From Eledone cirrhosa (Eukaryota), in NCBI GenBank assembly GCA_964016885.1, contig OZ024752.1, positions 6,696,001-6,760,000 of the forward strand: a DNA stretch of 64,000 bases, in the 5' to 3' direction. The translations under genes were made by a program, and so were the position numbers. Shown in pieces: positions 52,624 to 64,000 of this stretch (position 1 is its first letter; every line of letters starts with the position of its first letter). The notes beneath the pieces are model-generated. The model did not search any database. It had not been told where the DNA came from and worked only from the letters and a program-made list of their open reading frames with translations.

Positions 52624-52696
52624 ATTCCATTTCCCAAAGTTTCACGAAGTTAGACGATTCTAACAGAAACGTCTGAATTCGTTCATCAGAAAGAAT
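52624..52696 (-). ncRNA. Decayed hammerhead-like fold
   Basis: CTGATGA-acgaa..agacg..cgtct..ttcgt-GAAAc with a strong stem II but no NUH triplet. Confidence 0.45.
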
Positions 52697-53064
52697 CTTT
52701 ATTTGGATATAAGACATGAAATTAAAATCTATTATAAATGAAAATAAGGCCAAAATAAATAAATATATATATATATTGTGCAATAGTCTTTTTAAGACTA
52801 TATAGAGCATTTGTAGTTTTTCCAAATTGAAGGATGAGTATTTAAGCTTTATTTGATTCTGAGTTAAGACTCTATTGGTTTTTTCCCTGGATTTCACAAA
52901 ATCTGTGGATAAAATCTGTCTTGATTTTTTTTTATTGAGTTTGAATTATTTTCCCATATCTTACGTTTATTTTCCATTTTGACGTTATAGTCACTTATAT
53001 ATTATGGAATACTGTTGGCTTCTTGCTCACAATAATTTCTATATTTATATATATATATATATAT

Positions 53065-53107
53065 ATATCCCCAGTCCAGCCTCCTGTTATTTTAATCAAA
53101 TATATAT

Positions 53108-53162
<55 letters not shown>

Positions 53163-53436
53163 ATTAAAATAACAGGAGGCTGGACTCGGGATATACTTTC
53201 AAAGTTTTATTGTTGCAAAAAACACGATATATATTTCAATGGCCTGGCTACATAAGACCCTGGTGACTTCATCAGGTGTGGATTGCATGATTAGTTAATC
53301 AATAAAATGAATTACAACAAACACAAACATGATGGAGTCATATGTAGCCAGACCATTGAAATATATATAGTGTTTTTCGCAACAATAAAAGGATATCCCC
53401 AGTCCAGCCTCCTTTTGTTTTAATTAAATAAATATT
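53065..53436. repeat. Compound fold-back inverted repeats around (TA)n
   Basis: ccagtccagcctcctgttattttaatcaaa occurs forward, reverse and forward again; 53160-53250 pairs with 53336-53436. Confidence 0.85.
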
Positions 53437-53581
53437 TAACTCCATTCCTGCACCAGCCATGGGATTCAACATCAATGATGGATAAGTTGCATAACGTAGA
53501 GTGCTTTTCCTACTATTTCATCATGGTTAACTAAATGGAATGACCAGCTATATCCAGTGGTGAACCACAAAACATAAATGG

Positions 53582-54469
53582 ATATATGGTAATGAAAGGG
53601 TTAATGTTATAGACAGTGTCTTTCATTAGAAATATGGTAATGAAAGGGTTAATGACATAGACAGTGTCTTTCATTAGAAATATGGTAATGAAAGGGTTAA
53701 TAACATAGACAGTGTCTTTCATTAGAAATATGGTAATGGAAGGGTTAATGACATAGACAGTGTCTTTCATTAGAAATAAGGTAATGAAAGGGTTAATGAC
53801 ATAGACAGTGTCTTTCATTAGAAATATGGTAATGGAAGGGTTAATGACATAGACAGTGTCTTTCATTAGAAATAAGGTAATGAAAGGGTTAATGACATAG
53901 ACAGTGTCTTTCATTAGAAATATGGTAATGAAAGGGTTAATAACATAGACAGTGTCTTTCATTAGAAATATGGTAATGAAAGGGTTAATAACATAGACAG
54001 TGTCTTTCATTAGAAATATGGTAATGGAAGGGTTAATGACATAGACAGTGTCTTTCATTAGAAATATGGTAATGGAAGGGTTAATGACATAGGTAGTGTC
54101 TTTCATTAGAAATATGGTAATGAAAGGGTTAATGACATAGGTAGTGTCTTTCATTAGAAATATGGTAATGGAAGGGTTAATGACATAGGTAGTGTCTTTC
54201 ATTAGAAATATGGTAATGGAAGGGTTAATGACATAGGTAGTGTCTTTCATTAGAAATATGGTAATGAAAGGGTTAATGACATAGACAGTGTCTTTCATTA
54301 GAAATATGGTAATGGAAGGGTTAATGACATAGGTAGTGTCTTTCATTAGAAATATGGTAATGAAAGGATTAAAGACATAGACAGTGTCTTTCATTAGAAA
54401 TATGGTAATGGAAGGGTTAATGACATAGGTAGTGTCTTTCATTAGAAATATGGTAATGGAAGGGTTAAC
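53582..54469. repeat. 48-bp minisatellite, about 18 copies, derived from the MITE P2 end
   Basis: Unit atagacagtgtctttcattagaaatatggtaatgaaagggttaatgac matches 31256-31298. Confidence 0.97.
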
Positions 54470-55176
54470 CACTCAACCATGGTTCAGCATGAGAACCTTG
54501 AACAGAATAAGTGCAAAAGATTAAATTGATTTCTCCCTCAATTTCACATATCAGAGAGAAGAAATATGTTTAGATCAATTAGGTATATGTAACCATGAAA
54601 TTGCTTCTGGTTCTATGATTAAAATTCTTTGTTTTAACATCTTTATAGTTATCTAAAAACTTTCCATCATAATGTTATATAAGAACCTTTGTTAAGTTAT
54701 GTTCCAATCACCAGCTTGATATTGAAAAAGTGAGTTATATCACTAAGTCTTTTCAAATTCTTGATTATTTTCAAAATATTTGGAAATAATAGACAATGAT
54801 AAAATATGGTATCAGGAAAGTTAATAAAAATTGGCACCCATTCAAAATTCCTAAGAGATCACGATTTTAAACACTACCCACTGATTGACCTTAAGCTATT
54901 AATTTCTAAACCAAAACTTTATCAACAGAAAAGCTCTGTTATGTGTCTGCTTAAGTAGATGAATAGACTATCTGCTATTATGCATAGAACTTGTAGCAAT
55001 TTAACCAAAATATCACAGGAGTGCTGTTTATACTCTGTTGAATCTCAAAGAAGTGTTGTGCCAAAAGAAACATACTACATGGCTTAATCACTAAATAATT
55101 CTTCTCTCCCCAGATAACAGGCGGCATCATATTGTGTATAGGTCTCGAGACAAGCTTTAAAGTTTCTACTGGAAAA

Positions 55177-55661
55177 TTTTGCTTCACTCTGTATATTCCC
55201 CAAGCATTTTGTTTCACTCTGTATATTCCCCAAGCATTTTGTTTCACTCTGTATATTCCCCAAGCATTTTGTTTCACTCTGTATATTCCCCAAGCATTTT
55301 GTTTCACTCTGTATATTCCCCAAGCATTTTGTTTCACTCTGAATATTCCCCAAGCATTTTGTTTCACTCTGAATATTCCCCAAGCATTTTGTTTCACTCT
55401 GTATATTCCCCAAGCATTTTGTTTCACTCTGTATATTCCCCAAGCATTTTGTTTCACTCTGTATATTCCCCAAGCATTTTGTTTCACTCTGTATATTCCC
55501 CAAGCATTTTGTTTCACTCTGAATATTCCCCAAGCATTTTGTTTCACTCTGAATATTCCCCAAGCATTTTGTTTCACTCTGTATATTCCCCAAGCATTTT
55601 GTTTCACTCTGAATATTCCCCAAGCATTTTGTTTCACTCTGAATATTCCCCAAGCATTTTG
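55177..55661. repeat. 30-bp minisatellite (TTTTGTTTCACTCTGWATATTCCCCAAGCA), 16 copies
   Basis: Tandem periodicity. Confidence 0.98.
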
Positions 55662-55924
55662 CTGTGACTATTAACTATTAGTATCAGTATACAGCCACAT
55701 TGCACAGATAAAAACAAATAGCTTTCTTTCTAATGAAAGACACTGACTATGTCATTAACCCTTTCGTTACCATATTTCTAATGAAATATGGTAATGAAGG
55801 GATTAATCCCTTCATTACCATATTTCTAAGGAAAGATACTGCTTATAATTTTCAAATAATTTTGAAAATAATCAAGAATGTAGAGGATTTAGTAATATAA
55901 CTAACTTTCCCATTAAAAGTACCT

Positions 55925-56200
55925 AGTACATGTAAAGTGGTTGGTGTTAGGAAGGGGATCCAGCCATAGAAAGCTTGCCAGCAAGGGGTTTGGATGACCT
56001 TTCAGTTTGTGTCAAAAGATAATAGTTTCTCTTCTGCACTCTATCAAACATATGACCATATGTAAGCAAGGTGCAGACCTTTTCAGCCTATCTGGGAGGT
56101 CAGTAGCCTTGCTTCAGTACTGACTTAGTATATGTAGACCTGTCCAATCCTTGCTAGCAGGAAAAGCAGATGTTAAACGTTGATGATAATGATGATGATG
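55925..56200 (+). mobile_element. Older RTE-tailed repeat
   Basis: gttggtgttaggaagggg... with (GAT)n tail; homolog at 30355-30610. Confidence 0.65.
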
Positions 56201-56641
56201 TTTGGAGCATAAAGATTCTTACATAAAATTATATGGAATGTTATTAGATAAATATAAACACTTTAAAATAAACAATTTACTGTTTCCAAACAAAAAGCAG
56301 TTTCAGACATTTAGAAGCCAAATATAGAACTGAATATGGTCTGTTTTGATGTGCCAGTAACATTGATGGAACTTTCAAGTAAACAGTCACATTTAATAAG
56401 AAATATTTATGGATGTAAGTATTTTTATATGTTAAAGAAAGAAAACAAAAATTATTGTTGCTAATATTGAGTAGGCCTAGTTAATTATAAAAATGAATTA
56501 TTACACTTGAATTTCACTGGGAAATTACAAATTGTTTTCTTCAATTAAGTCTTCTTTCGAGCAATGTTGTTGTTGATGATGATGATGTTTTATAGCATTG
56601 TTAATCATAAAAAGATTATGTAATATATTTAGACAATGTTG

Positions 56642-57535
56642 TATATACATGACCACACATATGAGAACATTTATATATACATGGCAACATCATCATCATT
56701 ATCATCATCTTCGTTTAACGTCCATTTTCCACGCTAGCATGGGTTAGACTCATATGAGAACACTTATATACACAATATATATACATGGCAACACATGAGA
56801 ACACCTATATATATACAATATACATACATGGCAACACATATGAGAACACCTATATATATACAATATATATACATGGCAACACATATGAGAACACCTATAT
56901 ATACAATATATATACATGGCAACACATATGAGAACACCTATATATACAATATATATACATGGCAACACATATGAGAACACCTATATATACACAATATACA
57001 TACATGGCAATGCACATGAGAACACCTATATATATACAATATATATACATGGCAACACATATGAGAACACCTATATATATATACACAATATACATACATG
57101 GCAATGCACATGAGAACACCTATATATATACAATATATATACATGGCAACACATATAAGAACACCTATATATATATACACAATATACATACATGGCAATG
57201 CACATGAGAACACCTATATATATACAATATATATACATGGCAACACATATGAGAACACATATATATATACACAATATACATACATGGCAATGCACATGAG
57301 AACACCTATATACAATATATATATATGGCCACACATATGAGAAGACCTATATACAATATACATACATGGCAATGCACATGAGAACACCTATATACAATAT
57401 ATATACATGGCCACACATATGAGAACATTTATATATACAAATATATATACATGGCAACACATGTGAGAACATTTATATATGCAATATATATACATGGCAA
57501 CACATATGAGAACACCTATATATACAATACACATA
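56642..57535. repeat. About 44-bp TA-containing minisatellite, interrupted by an orphan RTE/SINE tail (56688-56750)
   Basis: atacatggcaacacatatgagaacacc(ta)n repeated. Confidence 0.93.
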
Positions 57536-57544
57536 TATATATAT

Positions 57545-58377
57545 CAAAGCAATCTGTTGTATATGAAGTTCCGTCTCTTCGTTGCTGTAGTGGAGTCTGT
57601 GCTGCTGTACGGGTCTGAAACTTGGACACTGACCAAGAAACTCACTCAGATGGTGGATGGGTGCTACACGAGAATGCTGAGGATGGCTCTGAACATTAAT
57701 CAGTATACACTGAGGATGAAGAACTCAGAGCTGTATGGGAGCCTCCCAAAAGTCAGCTCAAAAGTGACACAGAGGAGACTGAGGTTAGCTGGACATGTTT
57801 ACCGACATCCAGAGTTGACACTGCACTCAGTGCTCTTGTGGGAGCACCTAATGGACACACTAGGTTAGCTGGACATGCTCACCGACATTCATAGTTGACA
57901 CTGCACTCAGTGCTCTTGTGGGAGCCCCTGCATGGACACACTGGAAGAGGAAGACCGAGGTTAGCTGGACATGCTGACCGACATTCAGAGTTGACACTGC
58001 ACTCAGTGCTCCTGTGGGAGCCCCTGCATGGACACACTGGAAGAGGAAGACCGAGGTTAGCTGGACATGCTCACCGACATTCATAGTTGACACTGCACTC
58101 AGTGCTCCTTTGGGAGCCCCTGCATGGACACACTGGAAGAGGAAGACCGAGGTTAGCTGGACATGCTGACCGACATTCAGAGTTGACACTGCACTCAGTG
58201 CTCCTGTGGGAGCCCCTGCATGGACACACTGGAAGAGGAAGACCGAGGTTGACATATGTTGATGCCCTAAGGACAGACACTGGTCTCTTGGAGACGCAAG
58301 ACATGGCAGCGATGATGAGGGACAGAGACCGCTGGAGAGAACTCGTCCATGGATCTCGGGAATTGTACCCGCCCTAG
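57545..58377 (+). mobile_element. RTE-like LINE ORF C-terminus with in-frame 93-bp tandem
   Basis: KFRLFVAVVESVLLYGSETWTLT...RLRLAGH...GRGRPRLTYVDAL...RDRDRWR; stops in alternate repeat units. Confidence 0.9.
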
Positions 58378-58466
58378 ATAAATAGATGTTATATATGACT
58401 GGCTTCATTATTATTACAGACATAATAGTATGACTCATATGATATTCAATATAAACAACATAATGG

Positions 58467-58752
58467 TTTCTGAGTTAGGTAGGCACAAGACAAACAATGA
58501 GGGGGGGGGGGAGTTGATTAAACTGACCCCAGTGTGTTACTGGTACTTTATTTTATCAACTGCTGGAGGATGAAAGGCAAAGCTAGCTTTAATGAGATTT
58601 GAAGTCAGAATGTAAAGGGACATAACTATATACCACAAAGCATGTGCGATGCTCTACCAATATTGCCAATCCACCGCCCTATATAGAAAATAATCGTTTC
58701 TACTTTTTGCACAAGGCCAGCAATATTCCCAGTGCATTACTGGTACTTTATT
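58467..58752 (-). mobile_element. SINE family A variant plus a second tail fragment
   Basis: Similarity to 22681-22894 and to the family A tail. Confidence 0.8.
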
Positions 58753-58923
58753 TCCTATATAGGAAATAATGAGAATTCTTTAAGTCAAGTATTATACACC
58801 GCAATTACAAAAATATAAACTGCATTTCAAGACAGACACACGTATGAAATCTTGCCACGGTCAACCTTGCTTTCCATGCATTCAGAATTGAGAAATAACG
58901 CACCAGTCCTGGACTGAACTGAG

Positions 58924-59202
58924 AGGGTTAATGTCATAGGTAGTGTCTTTCATGAGAAATATGGTAATGAAAGGGTTAATGACATAGACAGTGTCTTTCA
59001 TTAGAAATATGGTAATGAAAGGGTTAATGACATAGACTGTGTCTTTCATTAGAAATATGGTAATGGAAGGGTTAATGACATAGACAGTGTCTTTCATTAG
59101 AAATATGGTAATGGAAGGGTTAATGACATAGACAGTGTCTTTCATTAGAAATATGGTAATGAAAGGGTTAATGACATTAGGAATATGGTAATGGAAGGGT
59201 TT
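58924..59202. repeat. Second 48-bp minisatellite array, about 5.5 copies
   Basis: Same unit and variants as 53582-54469. Confidence 0.95.
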
Positions 59203-59536
59203 ATTGTCATATTAGTTGAGCTGCCATTTGTTTCGTTGGTGATTTTGCTGAGAGGAAATTCGAGGGAATTCAATTTCCAGAAAGATCAGAATTGTGAATA
59301 AGAAAAAAAAAGAATAATAATGGTGGAACTTTCCTCAAGACATATTAGATAAAAGAACAGTGAAATTCCCAGGAGAGAACCAATAATCTTATTATAGAAA
59401 GAACAGAGAAAGTTATAATGGAAAGCAGATTGATTAAACCTTCCCCACTGAGAGAAAGTTGGGAACTGAAGAGAAGACATTTGGTTAGGAACATGATGAT
59501 GGACTTAACAGCTATTTACTTTACATAGGTAGTGTA

Positions 59537-59940
59537 TGATGGTGATGAAGGTGGTGGTGATGATGGTGGTGGTGATGATAGTGGTGATGGTAATGATGGT
59601 GGCGATGATGATGATGGTGGTGATGATGATGGTGGTGGTGATGGGTGATGGTGGTGATGGTGGTGATGTTGATTATAATGTTGATATTTTTTATTGGCCC
59701 CAACAACAGCTGAAGACATTGGAAATGATAGAAAGATGAGACAATAGAAACTGGGATTTACATCAAGGGAAGACATAACAACAACAACACTTTCAAAAAG
59801 TATATCAACAACAACAACAGGTATAATAAGACTAACAACAACAAGACTAACAACAACAAGACTAACAACAACAACAGGTGTAATAATAAGACCAACAACA
59901 ACAACTATAACAACAACAACAACTATAACAACAACAACAA
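59537..59940. repeat. (GGT/GAT)n and (CAA)n tracts
   Basis: Seen directly. Confidence 0.85.
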
Positions 59941-60084
59941 TCTCTATCTTTTCATCTCTTCTGTTCTATTTACACAGACTGGACAGGTTAGTGAAATATT
60001 GGGTTATTAGTTGGGTTGTTAATGAAGGACAGGTTGGGGGGGGGGGGGCACTCCAGCTTGAGAGAGGGGGTGGGGTGGATGGGG

Positions 60085-60228
60085 GTAGAGAGAGAAGGAG
60101 AGACAGAGTGAGAGGGGGATGAGGGACCGGAGAGAAGAATGAGAGAGAGGGGAAGAGAGGGGAAGAGAGAGAGAAGAACGAGAGAGAGAAGACTGAGGGG
60201 GGAGAGAGAGAGGGAAAGAGGGGGGGAA

Positions 60229-60263
<35 letters not shown>

Positions 60264-60875
60264 AAGAGAGTGAGAGAGAGAGAAAGAGTGAGAGAGAGAG
60301 AGAAAGAGTGAGAGAGAGAGAGAGAAAGAGTGAGAGAGAGAAAGAGTGAGAGAGAGAGAGAGAGAGAGAGAGTGAGAGAGAGAGAGAGAGAAAGAGTGAG
60401 AGAGAGAGAGAAAGAGTGAAAGAGAGAGTGAAAGAGAGAAAGTGAGAGAGAGTGAGAGAGTGAGAGAAAGAGTGAGAGAAAGAGTGAGAGAAAGAGTGAG
60501 AGAAAGAGTGAAAGAGAGAGTGAAAGAGAGAGAGTGAAAGAGTGAAAGAGTGAAAGAGTGAGAGAAAGAGTGAGAGAAAGAGTGAGAGAGAGAGTGAAAG
60601 AGAGAGAGTGAAAGAGAGAGAGTGAAAGAGAGAGAGAGTGAAAGAGAGAGAGAGTGAAAGAGAGAGAGAGTGAAAGAGAGAGAGTGAAAGAGAGAGAGTG
60701 AAAGAGAGAGAGAGTGAAAGAGAGAGAGTGAAAGAGAGAGAGTGAAAGAGAGAGAGAGTGAAAGAGAGAGAGAGTGAAAGAGAGAGAGAGTGAAAGAGAG
60801 AGAGAGTGAAAGAGAGAGTGAGAAAGAGAGAGAGAGAAAGAGAGAGAGAGAAAGAGTGAAAGAGAGTGAGAGAGA
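60085..60875. repeat. GA-rich polypurine repeat (GAGTGAAAGA-type)
   Basis: Seen directly. Confidence 0.95.
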
Positions 60876-60999
60876 CACTTCAGTTATATATGTCACTGTG
60901 TTGTTTCCCTTTAAACACACTTTTAATGTATTGCATTTGTTTACATACTGTATATACTGTAATATAATATTACATAAAGTGAGAGGATATCACAGTATA

Positions 61000-61270
61000 A
61001 GGTGGGGGGGGGAGATAACGGTGGGGGTGGGGGAGATATGACGGTGGGGGGGATACAAGGGAGCGAGGTATAAAAGGGGGAGGGGTATAAAGGTGGGGGG
61101 GGGTATAAAGGTGGGGAGGTATAAAGGTGGGGTAGGTGCGGGAGATATAAAGGTGGGGTAGGTGCGGGAGATATAAAGGTGGGGTAGGTGCGGGAGATAT
61201 AAAGGTGGGGTAGATGGGGGAGAAATAAAGGCGGGGGGGTATAAAGGTGAGGGGTGGGGGAGATATAACG
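61000..61270. repeat. G-rich repeat of about 25 bp (GGAGATATAAAGGTGGGGTAGGTGC)
   Basis: Seen directly. Confidence 0.85.
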
Positions 61271-61499
61271 ATTTAATGAGCTGGTTTTAGTTTTCACTGG
61301 AACACGGTTCACCTTACTTATGTTAATGATAGTAATAAGAATCTCGAGAACCCCCCCCCCTACATCACAGCTTTCCAAACCCAAACTTTTCATAGGAAAG
61401 TTTTCCTGACACTTAAAGTGTCAGGAAAACTTTAAATTTTGTTTGCATCATGAAATTAATGAATTAATAGATAAGCAATAAACATTGTATCTAAAGTGT

Positions 61500-61950
61500 A
61501 AAAAGTCTGTCTCTAGCCCGGAGGTTCATCAGGTTGGTGTTTATCTCGGTTTCTGTGGCGTTAAGCAACTGAGAGTACAAGACTTCCCCCTGGATAGGAT
61601 ATCAGTCCATCGCAGGGTAAACCCCCAGCTATTACTGGTACTCATTTTTAGTTGAGTATAGTGGAGCAACATGAAATGAAGTGTTTTGCTCAAGAACACA
61701 ACACACAACCCAGCCCAGGAATTAAACCCACGACAGTATCGGTGGAGGGTCGGACGCCATGCATGCCAGCAAAGAGTTACGGCCCTATACGGTCTGAGTT
61801 CAAATCCCGCTGAGGTTAACTTTGCCTTTCAACCTTACGGGGTCGATAAAATAAAGTACCAGTAATACACTGGGATAATTGCTGGCCTTGTGCCAAAAGT
61901 AGAAACAATTATGAAGTTCAACAGCCTTACCACTAGGCCACATACTTCCA
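61500..61950 (-). mobile_element. SINE family C interrupted by a SINE A copy
   Basis: Reverse complement of the 14168 element; head split at about 61735/61912. Confidence 0.8.
61735..61912 (+). mobile_element. SINE family A, nested insertion
   Basis: Family A sequence inside the SINE C head. Confidence 0.9.
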
Positions 61951-62147
61951 CTAAATATTGTCCAACATCATACAAATTTATCCAACTCTATATGTTCTGG
62001 TCAGTAAGTTACACTTACAACATAGGTAGTGCAATACACCTTATATTTTTAATTGAGTTTTTATAGGCCCATGCTGGGTTTTCACATTTTGTGGAAAAAC
62101 ATGCGTCTTATGTATGTGGACGGAGGGATATATATATATATATATAT

Positions 62148-62662
62148 GATAAGCGACATCACACACTTACACCTCTCCAAGACAATGTCACTGGACCGAG
62201 ACCTTTGGCGGTACTCAGTAACAGAGAAGACTCGCCTTACCTAAATATATAGTAAAACCTACTCCAGCCAGTAGGCATCTCTAACAAAATACACCCCGTC
62301 CCACCACCACCACCCCCACCCGATCCACACCACCCCCACCCGATCCACACCACCCCGTTCTATGTAAAGTTATGTTGGTGCCGCGCCATCGAGGCCGAAA
62401 CAAATGAGATCGTGTAGGTGTCACGACAAAAAAACACACAGTCCACGCTGTAATGTGGCCGTGTAGGCAACACGGTAAAAACCTCCCAGACCCACACTGT
62501 AAATGTGGTTGGTGTTAGGAAGGGCATCCAACTGTAGAAAACCTGCCAGACAGTCCTATGCGAGCAAGACAATCACTCTTGCCTCAAGTGGGACTACCCC
62601 CGTCCAAACCCATGCAAGCGTGGAACACGGACGTTAAACGTTGATGATGATGATGATGATGA
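62148..62662 (+). mobile_element. RTE-type LINE 3' end: ORF terminus, 3' UTR of about 400 bp and (GAT)n tail
   Basis: SDITHLHLSKTMSLDRDLWRYSVTEKTRLT* parallels DLRSLKLTEEMTKDRDKWRDAVLNRTRPT of the 27783 RTE. Confidence 0.8.
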
Positions 62663-62689
62663 TATATATTATCATTATTTCATCATTCA

Positions 62690-63013
62690 TTTCATTTGAC
62701 GTCCGCCTCTCCCTGCTTGCAAGGATGGGACGGGAACTGATTCTGGCTTGATTTCTACAGCTGGATGCCCTTCCTAACACCAACCTCATTTACAGTGAGT
62801 GCTGGGTGCTTTTTTGCCGTGGCACCTCCACGACCACTTTACAGTGGAATGATAGGGACCCCAGTCCCTATCATCTCATTTCTATAGCTGAGTAAACTGG
62901 AGCAATGTGAAATAAAGCGTCTTGCTCAAGGAAACAACACATCACCCGGTCTGAGGATTGAACTCACAACCTTTCGATTGCAAGCCCAATGCTCTAACCA
63001 CTAAGCCATGTGC

Positions 63014-63015
<2 letters not shown>
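62690..63015 (-). mobile_element. SINE family B, full length
   Basis: Reverse complement of family B, next to (TA)n. Confidence 0.9.
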
Positions 63016-63099
<84 letters not shown>

Positions 63100-63315
63100 G
63101 TCAATGGCTCTGGCTAAGTCTTGACTGGGTCTCTCATGACTAGGTCCCTCAAGACTGTGTCTGTCAAGACTGGGTCTCTTACTACCTATCCAACCCTCGC
63201 TAGCAGAGAAAGTAGATAATATACGATGACGAATTACCGATTGTTAACAACAGACTAAAATATTGCAACACATTTTTGAAACCTCCATTATACATGGTTA
63301 TTTCACCTATATATG

Positions 63316-63348
<33 letters not shown>

Positions 63349-64000
63349 TATATATTATATAATAGCTTGGCATGGTATGCATCACTGATCACCAGAAGTT
63401 CAAATCAATATGTACAAGAGCAATTTATTAATGAACAATATACAATCAATATTGGATAAGATTTTGCTTTGTTATTTTTTTAAATAAATAAATAATTTTT
63501 AATAAGATAAGTACTAATAATCCAATAAGTTTTAATTTCAAGCTAAGAAAATTGATATTAATTTTTTATAATGCCAAGTTGTTGATAACAATGAATGGAA
63601 AGTTGTTTGCTTTATGAAAATTGCACACGATACATAACATATCTTCATTATAAAATCTAAATAAATATACTATATTGAATTGTTTTAACATATTACAGTT
63701 CACATTTTAAAAAACTTTAAATGTCAGATAATTCATTTGTTTTATAATGTTACATATTTTAGGAATTCACTTTTAACATTGTTTTTCGTGAAACTCATCA
63801 TAAAATTCACTTTGTAATATTAAAGCAATTATTTAGTTTGTTTTACTCTAAATCTAGCTAAAACACTTTTTTCCTTCCAATGTAAATTGCAAATATTACA
63901 TTTCCCAATATTTGTATATTGGCAACAAAGGTTTCTTTCTACGAAGAAAAGGCTGGCTTTATGATGCCTGAGTGTAATGTGCAGTGAACATTATTTCAAA

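Noticed and set aside
53531-55674. 313-aa and 160-220-aa repetitive ORFs
   Set aside because: Products of 48-bp and 30-bp tandem units; the 48-mer is a MITE terminus.

Overview
Repeat-dominated, AT-rich eukaryotic non-coding DNA with no intact protein-coding gene, rRNA, tRNA gene or CRISPR array. The mix of tRNA-headed SINEs with (GAT)n or (ATT)n tails, RTE-type LINE 3' ends, and dense (TA)n/(CA)n/(GGT)n microsatellites resembles a coleoid cephalopod (octopus-like) genome; this is an inference. Nearly all long ORFs in the track are artefacts of tandem repeats. Main contents: an 11.7 kb 36-bp satellite, about ten minisatellites, three SINE families, RTE 3' fragments sharing a tail with one SINE family, and piggyBac-type (TTAA/CCC..GGG) MITEs. 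The most interesting signal is a set of short inserts in or beside (TA)n tracts that carry minimal type I hammerhead ribozyme folds. Two related copies (13059-13129 and 24981-25048) keep the full core with compensatory stem changes, one (30223-30266) is a U3-A8 core variant, and several are decayed or sit in fold-back inverted repeats. This matches Penelope-like/retrozyme elements. A second pattern is that many tandem arrays were seeded by the ends of mobile elements. Coordinates were read by eye and may be off by a few bases.
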